From the NCBI RefSeq assembly GCF_009914755.1, contig NC_060930.1: a stretch of 64,000 nt of DNA; one strand, 5' to 3'. Positions 1 to 17,659 of the stretch are shown here, piece after piece (positions within the stretch are counted from its first letter, which is position 1; every line of letters starts with the position of its first letter). Under the pieces are notes generated by a model. That model ran no database searches and had not been told where the DNA came from. It worked only from the letters and a program-made list of their open reading frames with translations. The DNA comes from the human T2T-CHM13v2.0 reference genome, Homo sapiens. Both the position numbers and the translations under genes were made by a program.

Positions 1-3000
1 TTCTCAGAAACTTCTTTGTGATGTGTGCTTTCAACTCACAGAGTTGAACCTTCCTTTGGATAAAGCAGCTTTGATATACTCTTTTTGTAGAATTTCCAAG
101 TGGATATTTAGAGCGGTTCGAGGCCTATGGTAGAAAAGGAAATATCTTCATAAAAAAACTTGACAGAATCATTCTCAGAAACTAATTTGTGATGTGTGCA
201 TTCAACTTACCGAGTTTAAACTTTCTTTTGATAGAACAGTTTTGAAACATTCTTTTTGTGGAATTTGCAATGGTATATTTAGAGCGCTTTGGTGCCTATG
301 GTAGAAAAGGAAATATCTTCACTTAAAAACTAGACACAAGCATTGTCAGAAACTACTTTGTTATATTTGCATTCATCTCACAAATTTGAACATTCTTTTC
401 AATAGAGCAGTTTTGAAACACTCTTTTTTTTGAATCTGCCTGTGGATATTTGGACCTTTTTGTGGCCTTCGTTTGAAATGTGATTTCTTCATATAAAACT
501 AGACAGAAGAATTCTCAGAAACTTCTTTGTGATGTGTGCTTTCCACTCAGAGTTGAACCTTCATTTAGATAGAGAAGTTTTGAAACTCACTTTTAATAGA
601 ATTTCCAAATGGATATTTAGCGCCACTTGAGGTCTAAGGTAGAAAAGGAAATACCTTCATAGAAAGACTTGACAGAATGATTCTCAGAAACTGCATTGTG
701 ATGTGTGCGCTCAACTCACAGAGTTTAACCTTTCTTTTGATAGAACAGTTTTGTAGTATACACTCTTTTTGTAGTATCTGCATGTGAATATTTGGAGTTT
801 TTTGAGGCCTTGTTGGAAAAGGGATTTCTTCAATAAAACTTGACAGAAGATTTCACAGAAACTTCTTTGTGATGTGTGCATTCAACTCACAGAGTTGAAC
901 CTTCCTTTCGATAGAGCAGCTTAGAAATACTCTTTTTGTAGAATTTCCAAGTGGATATTTAGAGCGGTTCAATTCCTATGGTAGAAAAGGAAATATCTTC
1001 ATAAAAAAACTTGACAGAATCATTCTCAGAAACTACATTGTGATGTGTGCATTCAGCTTGCAGAGTTTAAACTTTCTTTTGCTAGACAGGTTTGAAACAC
1101 TCTTTTTGTGGAATTTCCAGGGGTATATTTAGAGCCCTTTGAGGTCTACATTAGAAAAGGAAATATCTTTACTTAAAAACTAGACAGAAGCATTGTCAGA
1201 AACTACTTTGTGATACTTGCATTCAACTCACAAAGTTGAACATTCTTTTTGATAGAGCAGTTGTGAAACACTCTTTTTGTTGAATCTACATGTGTATATT
1301 TGGACCTCCTTGGGGCCTTCGTTTGAAAGGTGATTTCTTCATATAAAACTAGACAGAAGAATTCTCAGAAACTTCTCTGTAATGTGTGTTTCAACTCACA
1401 GGGTTGAACCTAACTTCGAAAGAGCAGTTTTGAAACTCTCTTGTTGTAGAACTTCCAAATGGATATTTAGCGCCATTTGAGGTCTAAGGTAGAAAAGGAA
1501 ATATCTTCATAGAAAAACTAGAAAGAATGATTCTCAGAAACTACTTTATGATGTGTGCGTTCAACTCACAGAGTTTAACCTTTCTTTTGATAGAACAGTT
1601 TTGAAACACTCTTTTTGTAGAATCTGCAAGTGAATATTTGGACTTTTTTGAGGCCTTGTTGGAAAAGAGATTTCTTCATATAAAACTTGACAGAAGAATT
1701 CTCAGAAACTTCTTTGTGATGTGTGCATTCAACTGACAGAGTTGAACCTTCCTTTCGATAGAGCAGCTTTGATATACTCTTTTTGTAGAATTTCCAATTG
1801 GATATTTAGAGCGGTTCGAAGCCTGTTGTAGAAAAGGAAACATCTTCATAAAAAACTTGACAGAATCATTCTCAGAAACCACTATGTGATGTGTGCATTC
1901 AGCTTACAGTGTTTAACCTTTTTTTTATAAAGCAGTATTGAAACACTTTTTGTGGAATTTGCAATTGTATATTTAGAGCGCTTTGAGGTCTATGGTAGAA
2001 AACGAATTATCTTCACATAAAAGTAGACAGAAGCTTTGTCAGAAACTGCTTTGTGATATTTGCATTCAACTCACAGACTTGAACATTCCTCTTGATAGAG
2101 CAGTTTTGGAACACTCTTTTTGTAGAATCTGCAAGTGGATATTTGGACCTCTTTGTAGCCTTCGTTTGAAACGTGATTTCTTCATATAAAACTACACAGA
2201 AGAATTCTCAGAAACTTCTTTGTGATGTGTGCTTTCAACTTACAGAGTTGAACCTTCCTTTCGATAGATTAGTTTTGAAAGTCTCTTTTTGTAGAATTTC
2301 CAAGTGCATATTTAGCGCCGTTTGAGGCCTATCGTAGAAAAGGCAATATCTTCATAGGAAAACTAGACAGAATGATTCTCAGAAACTACTTTGTGATGTG
2401 TGCGTTCCACTCACAGAGTTTAACCTTTCTTTTGATATAGCAGTTTTGAAACACTCTTTTTGTAGAATCTGCAAGCGAATATTTGGACTTTTTTGAGGCC
2501 TTCGATGGAAACGGGATTTCTTCATATGAAACTTGAAAGAAGAATACTCAGAAACTTCTTTGTGATGTGTGCATTCAACTAACAGAGTTGAGCCTTCCTT
2601 TTGAGCGAGCAGTTTTGAAATACTCTTTTTGTAGAATTTCCAAGTGGATATTTGGAGCGGTTCGAGGACTATGGTAGAAAAGGAAATATCTTCATAGAAA
2701 AACTAGACAGAATCATCATCAAAAACTACTTTGTGATGTGTGCGATCAACTCACAGAGTTTAACCTTTCTTTTGATAGAGCAGTTTTGAAACACTCTTTT
2801 CGTAGAATCTGCAAGTGAATATTTGGAATTTTTTGAGACCTTAGTTGGAAACGGGATTTTTTCACTTAAAACTTGACAGAAGAATTCTCAGAAACTTCTT
2901 TGTGATGTGTGCATTCCACTCACAGAGTTGAACCTTCCTTTCGATAGAGCAGCTTTGAAATACTCCTTTGTAGAATTTTCAAGTGGATATTTAGAGCAGT

Positions 3001-3112
3001 TCGAGGCCTAAGCATTCAGCTTAGAGAGTTTAACTTTCTATTGATAGAGCAGTTTTGTAACACCATTTTTGTGGAATTTGCAAGTGTATATTTAGTGAGC
3101 TTTGAGGCCTAC
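1..3112 (+). repeat. Alpha-satellite array, divergent pentameric HOR (segment left of L1)
   Basis: Tandem ~170 bp monomers (attctcagaaact...tgtgatgtgtg..ttcaactcacagagtt...gatagagcagttttgaaacactc...). The monomer-1 marker cattgtcaga recurs at 341 and 1191, with a variant at ~2034, i.e. ~850 bp spacing. Confidence 0.99.
2500..2516 (+). promoter_or_regulatory. CENP-B box, core intact
   Basis: cttcgatggaaacggga fits nTTCGnnnnAnnCGGGn. Confidence 0.85.
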
Positions 3113-3116
3113 CTTT

Positions 3117-6901
<3,785 letters not shown>

Positions 6902-7120
6902 ACAATGAGATCACATGGACACAGGACAGAGAAAATCATACTCTGGGGACTGTTGTGGGGTGGGGGAAAGGGGGAGGGATAGCATTGGGAGATATACCTA
7001 ATGCTAGATGACGAGTTAGTGGGTGCAGCACACAAGCATGGCACATGTATACATATGTAACTAACCTGCACAATGTGCACATGTACCCTAAAAATTAAAG
7101 TATAATAATAATAAAAAAAA
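6902..7120 (+). promoter_or_regulatory. L1 3'UTR with G-rich polypurine tract and polyadenylation signal
   Basis: ggggactgttgtggggtgggggaaagggggaggg at ~6945-6978, then AATAAA at 7110-7115 followed by an A run. Confidence 0.9.
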
Positions 7121-9836
7121 GAAAAGGCAATAACTTCATAAAAAAACTAGAAAGAATGATTCTCAGAAACTAGTTTGTGATGTGTGCGTTCAACTCACAG
7201 AGTTTAACCTTTCTTTTGATAGAGCAGTTTTGAAACAATCTTTTTGTAGAATCTGCAAGTTAATATTTGGACCTCTTTGTGGCCTTCGTTTGAAACGTGA
7301 TTTCTTCATCAAAAACTAGACAGAAGAATTCTCAGAAACTTCTCTGTGATGTGTGATTTCAACTCAAAGAGTTGAACCTTCCTTTCGATAGAGCAGTTTT
7401 GAAACTCTCTTTTTGTAGAATTTCCTGGTGGATATTTAGAGCCTTTTGAGGCCTACTGTAGAAAAGGAAACATCTTCATAGAAAAATTAGACAGAAAGAT
7501 TCTCATAAACTAATTTCTGATGTCTGTGTTCAATTCACAGAGTTTAACCTTTCTTTTGATTGATAGAGCAGTTTTGAAACACTCTTTCCATAGTATCTGC
7601 AAGGGAATATTTGGACTTTTTTGAGACCTTCATTGGAAACGGGATTTCATCATGTAAAACTTGATAGAAGAATTGTCAGAAACTTCTTTGTGATGTGTTC
7701 ATTCAACTCACAGAGTTCAACCTTCTTTTCGATAGAGCAGTTTTGAAATACTCTTATTGTAGACTTTCCAAGTGGATAATTAGAGCGGTTCGAGGCCTGT
7801 GGTAGAAAAGGAAATATCTTCATAGAAAAACTAGACAGAATCATTCTCAGAAACTACTTTTTGATGTGTGTATTCAGCTTACAGAGTTTAACCTTTCTTT
7901 TGATAGAGCAGTTTTGAAACACTCTTTTTGTGGAATTTGCAAGTTTATATTTAGAGCGCTTTGAGGTCTACGGTAGAAAAGGAAATGTCTTCACACAAAA
8001 ACTAGACAGAAGCATTGTCAGAAACTACTTTGTGATATTTGCATTCAACTCACAGACTTGAACATTCCTCTTGATAGAGTAGTTTTGAAACACTCTTTTT
8101 GAACAATCTGCAAGTGGTTATTTGGACCTCTCTTTGGCCGTCGTTTGAAACGTGATTTCTTCATACAAAACTAGACAGAAGAATTCTCAGAAACTTCTCT
8201 GTGATGTGTGCTTTCAACTCACAGAGCTGAACCGTCCTTTCGATAGAACAGTTTTGAAAGACTCTTTTTGTAGAATTTCCAAGTGGATATTTAGCGCCGT
8301 TTGAGGCCTACTGTAGAAAAGGCAATATCTTCATAGAAAAACTAGATGGAATTATTCTCAGAAACTACTTTGTGATGTGTGCGTACAACTCACAGAATTT
8401 TACCTCCCTTTTGATAGAGCAGTTTTGAAACACTCTTTTTGAGGTATTTGCAACTGTATATTTAGAGCGCTTTGAGGCCTACGGTAGAAATAGAAATAAC
8501 TTCACATAAAAACTAGACAGAAGCATTGTCGGAAACTACTTTGTGAAATTTGCATTCAACTCACAGAGTTGAACATTCCTCCTGATAGAGCAGTTTTGAA
8601 ACTCTCTTTTTGTAGAATCTGCAAGTGGATATTTGGACCTCTTTGTGGCCTTCGTTTGAAACGTGATTTCTCCATAAAAAACTAGATATAAGAATTGTCA
8701 GAAACTTTGTGATGTGTGCTTTCAACTCACAGAGTTGAACCTTCCTTTCGATAAAGCAGTTTTGAAACTGTGTTTTTTTAGTATTTCCAAGTGGGTATTT
8801 ACCGCCGTTTGAGACCTATGGTAGAAAAGGCAATATCTTCATAGAAAAACTAGACAGAATAATTCTCAGAAACTGCTTTGAGATGTGTGCATTCACCTCA
8901 CCGACTTTAACTTTTCTTTTGATAGTGCAGTTTTGATTCACACTTTTTGTAGAATCTGCAAGTGAATATTTGGACTTTTTTGAGGCCTTCATTGGAAACA
9001 GGATTTCTTCATATAAAATTTGACAGAAGAATTCTCAGAAACTTCTTTTTGATGTGTGCATTCCACACACAGCGCTGAACCTCCCTTTCGATAGAATAGT
9101 TTTGAAATACTCTTTTTGCAGAATTTCAAAGTGGATATTTAGAGCCTTTCGAGGCCAATGCTGGAAAAGGAAACATCTTCACAGAAAAACTAGACAGAAT
9201 CATTCTCAGAAACCACTTTGTGATGTGTGCATTCAGCTTGCAGAGATTAACCTTTCTTTTGATAGAGCAGTTTTGAAACATTCCTTTTGTGGAATTTGAA
9301 AGTGTATATTTAGAGCATTTTGAGGTCTACGGTAGAAAATGATATATCTTCACATAAAAACTAGACAGAAGCATTGTCAGAAACTACTTTGTGTTTTTTG
9401 AGTTCTACTCACAGACCTGAACATTCCTATTGATAGAGCAGTTTTAAAGCACTCTTTTTGTAGAATCTGCTAGTGGATATTTGGACCTCTTTGAGGCCTT
9501 CGTTTGAATCGTGATTTCTTTATATAAAACTAGACAGAAGAATTCTGAGAAACTACTTTGTGATGGGTGCTTTCAACTCACAGAGTTGAATCTTCCTTTC
9601 GATAGAGCAGTTTTGAAACTCGCTTTTTGTAGTATTTCCAAGCAGATATTTAGCACCGATTGTGGCCTATGGTAGAAAAGGCAATATCTTCATAGAAAAA
9701 CTAGACAGAATGATTCTCAGAAACTACTTTTGTTGTGTGTGTTCAACTCACAGAGTTAAACCTTTCTTTTGAGAGAGCAGCTGTGAAACACTGTTTTTGT
9801 AGAATCTGCAAGTGAATATTTGGACTTTTTTGAGGC

Positions 9837-9853
9837 CTTCGTTGGAAACGGGT
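9837..9853 (+). promoter_or_regulatory. CENP-B box, core intact
   Basis: cttcgttggaaacgggt retains all nine core bases. Confidence 0.88.
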
Positions 9854-12800
9854 TTTCTTCATATAAAACTTGACATAAGAATTATCTGAAAATTCTTTGT
9901 GATGTGTGCATTCAACTCACAGTGTTGAAACTTCATTTCAATAGGGCAGTTTTGAAATACTTTTTTGTAGAATTTCCCAGTGGATATTTAGAGGTTTTCG
10001 AGGCCTATGGTAGAAAAGGAAATATCTTGATAGGAAAACTAGACAGAATCATTGTCAGAAACTACTTTGGGATGTGCGCATTCAACTCACAGAGTTTAAC
10101 CTTTCTTTTGTTAGAGCAGTTTTGAAACACTCTTTTCGTAGAATTTGCAAGTGAATATTTGGACTTTCTTGAGGCCTTCGTTGGAAACGCGATTTCTTCA
10201 TGTGAAAGTTTGCAGAAGAATTCTCAGAAACTTCTTTTGATGTGTGCATTCAACTCACAGAATTGAACCTTCCTTTCGATAGAGAAGTTTTCAAATACTC
10301 TTTTGTAGAATTTCCAAGTGGATATTTAGAGCGGTACGAGGCATATGGTAGAAAAGGAAATATCTTCATTAAAAAATTAGACAGAATCATTCTGAGAAAC
10401 TGCTTTGTGATATGTGCATTCAGCTTACAGAGTTTAAACTTTCTTTTGATAGAGCAGTTAGCAAACCCTCTTTCTGCGGTATTTGCAAGTGTACCTTTAG
10501 AACGCTATGAGACCTACGGTAGAAAGGGAAATATCTTCACTTAAAACATAGATAGAAGCATTGTTATAAATTAATTTGTGATATTTGCACTTAACTCACA
10601 GAGCTGAACATTCCTCTTGATAGAGCAGTTTTGAAAAACTCTTTTGGTAGAATCTGCAAGGGGATATTTGGACCTCTTAGTGACCTTCTTTTGAAACGTG
10701 ATTTCTTCACATAAAATTAGACACCAGAATTTTCAGAAACTTCTTTGTGATGTTTGCTGTCAACTCACAGAGTTGAACCTTCCTTTCGATAGAGCAGTTT
10801 CAAAACTCTCTTTTTGTAGTGTTTCCAAGGGGATATTTAGTGCCATTTGAGGCCTATTATAGAAAAGGCTATATCTTCATAGAAAAACAAGACAGAATGA
10901 TTCTCAGAAACAACTGCATGATTTGCGTTTTCAACTCACAGAGTTTAAGCTTTCTTTTGATAGAGCAGTTTCAATCACTCTTTTGGTAGGGTCTGCAGGT
11001 GAATATTTGGACTTTTCTGAGGCCTACGATGGAAACGGTACGTCTTCATATAAAAACTGACAGAAGAATTCTCAGAAACTACTTTGTGATGTGTACATTC
11101 AACTCACAGAGTTGAACCTTCCTTTAGATAGAGCAGTTTTTAATTATTCTTTTCGTAGAATTTCCTAATGGCTATTTAGAGCGCTTTGAGGCCTATGGTA
11201 GAAAAGGGTATATCTTCATAGAAAAACTAGACAGAATCATTCTCAGAAACAACTTTGTGATGTGTGCGTTCAACTCACAGAGTTTAACCTTTCTTTTGAT
11301 AGAGCAGTTTTGAAACACTCTTTTTGTAGAATCTGCAGGAGAATATTTGGACTTTTTTGAGGCCTTCTTTGAAACAGGATTTCTTCATATAAAACTTGAC
11401 AGAAGAATTCTCAGAAACTTCTTTGGGATGTGTGCTTTCAACTCACAGAGTTGAACCTTTCTTTCAATAGAGCAGTTTTGAAATCTCTTTTTGTGGAATT
11501 TCCAAGTGGATATTTAGAGCAGTTTGAGGCCTATGGTAGATGAGGAAATAACTTCATAGAAAAACTAGACAGAATCATTATCAGAAACTACTTTGTGATG
11601 TGTGCATTCAGCTTACAGAGTTTAACCTTTCTTTTGAGAGAGCAGTTGTGAAACACTCTTTTTGTGGAATGTGCAAGTGTATATTTAGAGGGCTTTGAGG
11701 CCTAATGTAGAAAAGGAAATATCTTCACAAAAAAACTAGATAGAAGCATTGTCGGAAACTACTTTGTGATATTTGTAATCACCTCACAGAGTTGAACATT
11801 CCTCTTGATAGGGCTGTTTTGAAACACTCTTTTTGTAGAATCTGAATGTGGATATTTTGATCCTCTTTGTGGCCTTCGTTTGAAACGTGATTTCTTCATG
11901 TAAAACAAACAGAAGAATTCTCAGAAACTTCTTTGTGATGTGTGCTTTCAACTCACAGAGTTGAACCTTCCTTTCAATAGAGCAGTTTTGTAACTCTCTT
12001 TTTGTAGAATTTCCAAGTGGATATTAAGGGTCGTTAAAGGCCTGTGTTAGAAAAGGCAATATCTTCATAGAAAAACTGGACAGAATCATTCTCAGAAAAT
12101 ACTTTGCGATGTGTGCTTTCAACTCATAGAGTTTAAGCTTTCTTTTGATAGAGCAGGTTTGAAACACTCTTTTTGTAGGATCTGCAAGTGAATATTTGGA
12201 CTTTTTTGAGGCCTTCGTTGGAAATGGGATTTCTTCTTATAAAACTCTACAGAAGATTTCTCAGAAACTTCTGTGTGATGTGTGCTTTCAACTCACAGAG
12301 TTGAACCTTCCTTTCAATAGAGCAGATTTGAAATACTCTTATTGTAGAATTTTCAAGTGGTTATTTAGTGGGGTTCGAGGCCTATGGTAGAAAAGGAAAT
12401 ATCTTCATAGAAAAACTAGACAGAATCATTCTCAGAAACTACTTTGTGATGTGCGCATTCAGATTACAAACTTTAAACTTTCTTTTGATAAATCAGTTTT
12501 GAAACAACCCTTTTGTGGAATTTGCAAGTGTATATTTAGAGCGCTTTGAGGCCTATGGTAGAAAAGGAAGTATCTTCACACAAAAACTAGACAGAAGCAT
12601 TGTCAGAAACTACTTTGTGATATTTGCATTCAACTTACAGTGCTGAACATTCCTCTAGATAGAGCAGTTTTGAAACACTCTTTTTCTAGAATCTGCAAGT
12701 GGATATTTGGACCCTCATTGTTGCTTTCGTTTGAAATGTGGTTTCTTCATATAAAACTGGACAGAAGAATTCTCAGAAACTTCTTTGTGATGTGTGCTTT

Positions 12801-15800
12801 CAACTCACAGTGTTGAACCTTCCTTTCGATAGAGCAGTTTAGAAACTCTCTTTTTGTAGTATTTCCAAGTGAATATTTAGTGCCGTTTGAGGCCTATGGA
12901 AGAAAAGGCAATATCTTCATAGAAAAACTAGACAGAATGATTCTCAGAAACTAGTTTGTGATGTGTGCCTTAAACACACAGAGTTTAACCTTTCTTTTGA
13001 TACAGCAGTTTTTGAACACACTTTTTGCAGAATCTGCAAGTGAATATTTGGACTTTTTTGTGGCCTTCGTCAGAAACCGGATTTCTACATATAAAACTTG
13101 ACAGAAGAATTCTCAGAAACTTCTTTGTGATGTGTGCATTCAACTAACAGAGTTGATCCTTCCCTTCAGTAGAACAGTTTGAAATACCCTTTTTGTAGAA
13201 TTTTCCAGTGGATATTTAGTGCAGTTCGAGGTCTATGGTACAAAAGGAAATATCTTCATAGAAAAACCAGACAGAATCTTTCTCAGAAACTACTTTGTGA
13301 TGTGGGCATTCAGCTTACAGAGTTTAACCTTTCTTTTGATAGAGTAGTTTTGAAACAACCTTTTTGTGGAATTTGCAAGTGTATATTTAGAGCGCTTTGA
13401 GGCCTAGAGTGGAAAAGGAAATATCTTCACAAAAAAACTAGAGAGAAGCATTGTCAGAAACTACTTATGATGTTTGCATTCAACTCACAGAGTTGAACAT
13501 TCCTCTTGATAGAGCAGTTTTGAAACACTCTTTTTGTAGAATCTGCAAGTGGATATTTGGACCTCTTTGTGTTAATCGTTTGATACGTGATTTCTTCGTA
13601 TGAAACAAGAAAGAAGAATTCTCAGAAACTTCTTTGTGATGTTTGAATTCAACTCAGAGTGTTGAACCAACCCTTGATAGAGCACTTTTGAAATCCTCTT
13701 TTTCTGGAATTTCCAAGTGGATGTTTAGAGCGGTTTGAGACCTATGGTACAAAAGGCAATATCTTCATAGAAAAACTAAACAGAATCATTCTCAGAAACT
13801 GCTTTGTGATGTGGGCATTCATCTTACAGGGTTTACTTTTCTTTTGATAGAGCAGTTTTGAAACACTCTTTTTGTGGAATTTGGAAGTGTATATTTTGAG
13901 CGCCTTGAGGCCTACAGTAGAAAAGGAAATATATTCACAAAAAAACTGTACAGAAGCATTGTCAGAAACTACTTTGTAATATTTGCATTCAACTCACAGA
14001 GTTGAACATTCCTCTTGATAGGGCTCTTTTGAAACACTCTTTTTGAAGAATCTGCCATTGGATATTTGAAGTCTCTTTGGCCGTCGTGTGAAACGTGATT
14101 TCTTCATATGAAACTAGACAGAAAAATTCTGAGAAACTTCTTTGTGATGTGTGCTTTCAACTCACAGAGTTGAACCTTCCTTTCGATAGAGCAGTTTTGA
14201 AACTTTCTTTTTGTAGAATTTCCAAGTGAATATTTGGCGCCGTTAGAGGCCTCTGGTAGAAAAGGCAATATCTTCATAGAAAAACTGGACAGAATGATTC
14301 TCAGAAACTACTTCGTGACGTGTGCGTTCAACTCAGTGTTGAACCTTCCTTTCGATAGAGGAGTTTTGAAATACTCTTTTTGTAGTATTTTCAAGTGGAT
14401 ATTTAGAGCGGTTTGAGGCCTTTGGTAGAAAAGGAAATATCTTCATAGAAAAACTAGACTGAATGATACTCAGAAAGTACTTTTTGAAATGTGCATTCAG
14501 CTTACAGAATTTAACGTTTCTTTTGATAGAGCAGTTTTGAAACACTCTCTTTGTGGAATTTGCATGTGTATATTTAGTGCGCTTTAAGGCCGACGGTAGA
14601 AAAGGTAATATCTTCACGTAAAAGCTAGACAGAAGCATTGTCAGAAACTACTTTTTGATATTTGAATTCAACTCACAGTGTTGAACATTCCACTTCATAG
14701 AGCAGGTTTGGTACTCTTTTTTGTATAATCTGTACGTGGATATTTGGACCCCTATGTGGCTTTCGTTTGAAACGTGATTTCTTCATATAAAACTAAAGAG
14801 AAGAATTCTCAGAAGCTTCTTTGTGATGTGTGCTTTCAAATCACAGTGTTGAACCTTCCTTTCGATAGAGCAGTTTTGAAACTCTCTTTTTGTAGAATTT
14901 CTAAGAGGATATTCAGTGACTTTTAGGGCCTATGGCAGAAAAGGCAATATCTTCATAGAAAATCTAGAGAGAATGATTCTCAGAGACTACTTTGTGATGT
15001 GCGCATTCATCTCACAGATTTTAACCTTTCCTTTGATTGAGCAGTTTTGAAACATTCTTTTTGTAGTATCTGCGAGTTAATATTTAGATTTTTTTGAGGC
15101 CTTCGTTATAAAAGGGATTTCTTCATATAAAACTTGACAGAAGAATTCTCAGAAAATTCTTTGTGTTGTGTGCATTCGACTCACGAGTTGAAGCTTCCTT
15201 AATATACAGCAGTTTTGAAATACTCTTTTTGTAGTGTTTCCAAGTGGATATTTAGAGCAGTTCGAGGCCTGTGGTAGAAAAGGAAATATCTTCATAGAAA
15301 AAGGATCCAGAAACATTCTCAGAAACTACCTTGTGATGTGTGCATTCAGCTTACTGAGTTTAACATATCTTTTCATAGAGCATTTTTGAAACACTCATTT
15401 GTGGAAATTGCAAATGTATATTTAGAGTGCTCTGATGCCTACGGTAGAAAAAGAAATATCTTCCCATAAAAATTAGACAGAAGCATGGTCAGAAACTTCT
15501 TTGTGATATTTGCATTCAACTCACAGAGTTCAAAATTTCTCTTGATAGAGCAGTTTTGAAACACTCTTTTTGGAGAATCTACAAGTGGATATTTGGACCT
15601 CTTTGTGGCCTTCATTTGAAACGTGATTTCTTCATTGAAAACTAGACAGAAAAATTCTCAGAAATCTCTTTGTGATGTGTGCTTTCAACTCACAGAGTTG
15701 TACCTTCCTTTAGATAGAGCAGTTTTGAAACTCTCTTTTTCCGAATTTCCAAGTGGATATTTAGTGCCGTTCGAGGCCTACTTCAGAAAAGGCAATATCT

Positions 15801-16795
15801 TCATAGAAAAATTAGTCAGAAAGATTCTCAGAAACTACTTTGCAATGTGTGCGTTCAACTCACCGAGTTTAACGTTTCTTTTGATAGAGCAGTTTTGAAA
15901 CACTCTTTTTGTAGAATCTGCAAGTGAATATTTGGACTTTTTTGGGACCTTCATTGGAAAAGGGATTTCTTCATATAAAACTAGACAGAAGAATCCTCAG
16001 AAACTTCTTTGTGATGTGTGCATTCAATTCACATAGTTGAACCTTCCTTTCCATAGAACAGTTTTGAAATATTCTTTTTGTAGAATTTTCAAGTGGATAT
16101 TTAGAGCGTTTTGAGACCAATGGTGGAAAAGGAAATATCTTCATAGAAAAAGTAGACAGAATCATTCTGAGAAACTAGTTTGTGATGTGTGCATTCAGTT
16201 TTCCGAGTTTAACCTTTCTTTTGATAGAGCAATTTTGAAACACTATTTGTCGAATTTGAAAGTGTATATTAAGAGTGCTTTGAGGTCTATGGTAGAAAAG
16301 GAAATATCTTCATAAAAAACTAGACAGAAGCATTGTCAGAAACTACTTTTTGATATTTGCATTCAACTCACAGAGTTGAACATTCCTATTGATAGAGGAG
16401 TTTTGAAACACTCTTTTTGTAGGATCTACAAGTTGATATTTGGACCTCTTTGTGGCCTTCTTTTGAAACGTGATTTCTTCATGTAAAAATAGACAGAAGA
16501 ATTCTCAGAAACTTCTTCGTGATGTGTGCTTTCAACTCACAGAGTTGAACTTTCCTTTCCATAGAGAAGTTTTGAAATGCTCTTTTTGTACTATTTCCAG
16601 GTGGATATTTAGCTCCGTTTGAGGCCTAAGGTAGAAAAGTCAATATCTTCATAGAAAAACTAGGCAGAATCATTCTCAGAAACTACGTTGTGTTGTGTAC
16701 GTTCAACTCACAGAGTTTAAACTTTCTTTTGATAGAGCAGTTTTGAAACACTCTTTTTTAGAATCTGCAAGTGAATATTTGGACTTTTTTGAGAC

Positions 16796-16812
16796 CTTCG
16801 TTGGAAACGGGA
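16796..16812 (+). promoter_or_regulatory. CENP-B box, perfect
   Basis: cttcgttggaaacggga. Confidence 0.92.
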
Positions 16813-17642
16813 TTTCTTCATATAAAATTTGACAGAAGATTTCTCAGAAACTTCTTTGTCATGTGTGCATTCAACTCACAGTGTTGAAACTTCCTTTCAA
16901 TAGAGCCGTTTTGAAATAATTTTTTGTTGAATTTCCAAGTGGATATTTAGAGCGGTTCGAGACCTGTGGTAGAAAAGGAAACATCTTCATAGAAAAACTA
17001 TAAGTAATCATTCTCAGAAACTACTTTGTGATGTGTGCATTCAGCTTTCCGAGTTTAACCTTTCTTTTGATAGAGCAGTTTTGAAACACTCTTTTTGTGG
17101 AATTTGCAAGTGCATATTTAGAGCGTTTTGCTGCCTACGGTAGAAAAGGAAATATCTTCACATAAAACTAGACAGAAGCATTGTCAGAAACCACTTTTTG
17201 ATATATTAAATACAACTGACAGAGTTGAACATTCCTCATGATAGAGCAGTTTTGAAACACTTTTTTTAGAATCTGCAAGTGGATATTTGGACCTCTTTTT
17301 AGCCTTCGTTTGAAACGTGATTTCTTCATTTAAAACTAGACAGAAGAATTCTCAGAAACATTTTGTGATGTGTGCTTTCAACTTACAGAGTTGAACCTTC
17401 CTTTCGATAGAGCAATTTTGAAACTCTCTTTTTGTAGAATTTTCAAGTGGATATTAAGCGCCGTTTGAGGCCTATGGTAGAAAAGACAAAATGTTCATAG
17501 AAAAACTAGACAGAATGATTCTGAGAAACTGCTTTTTGATGTGTGCGTTCAACCCACCGACTTTAAACTTTGTTTTGATAGAGCAGTTTTGAAAAACTCT
17601 TTTTGTAGAATCTGCATGTGAATATTTGGACATTTTTGAGGC

Positions 17643-17659
17643 CTTCGTTGGAAACGGGA
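17643..17659 (+). promoter_or_regulatory. CENP-B box, perfect
   Basis: cttcgttggaaacggga, one pentamer (847 bp) after the previous box. Confidence 0.92.
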
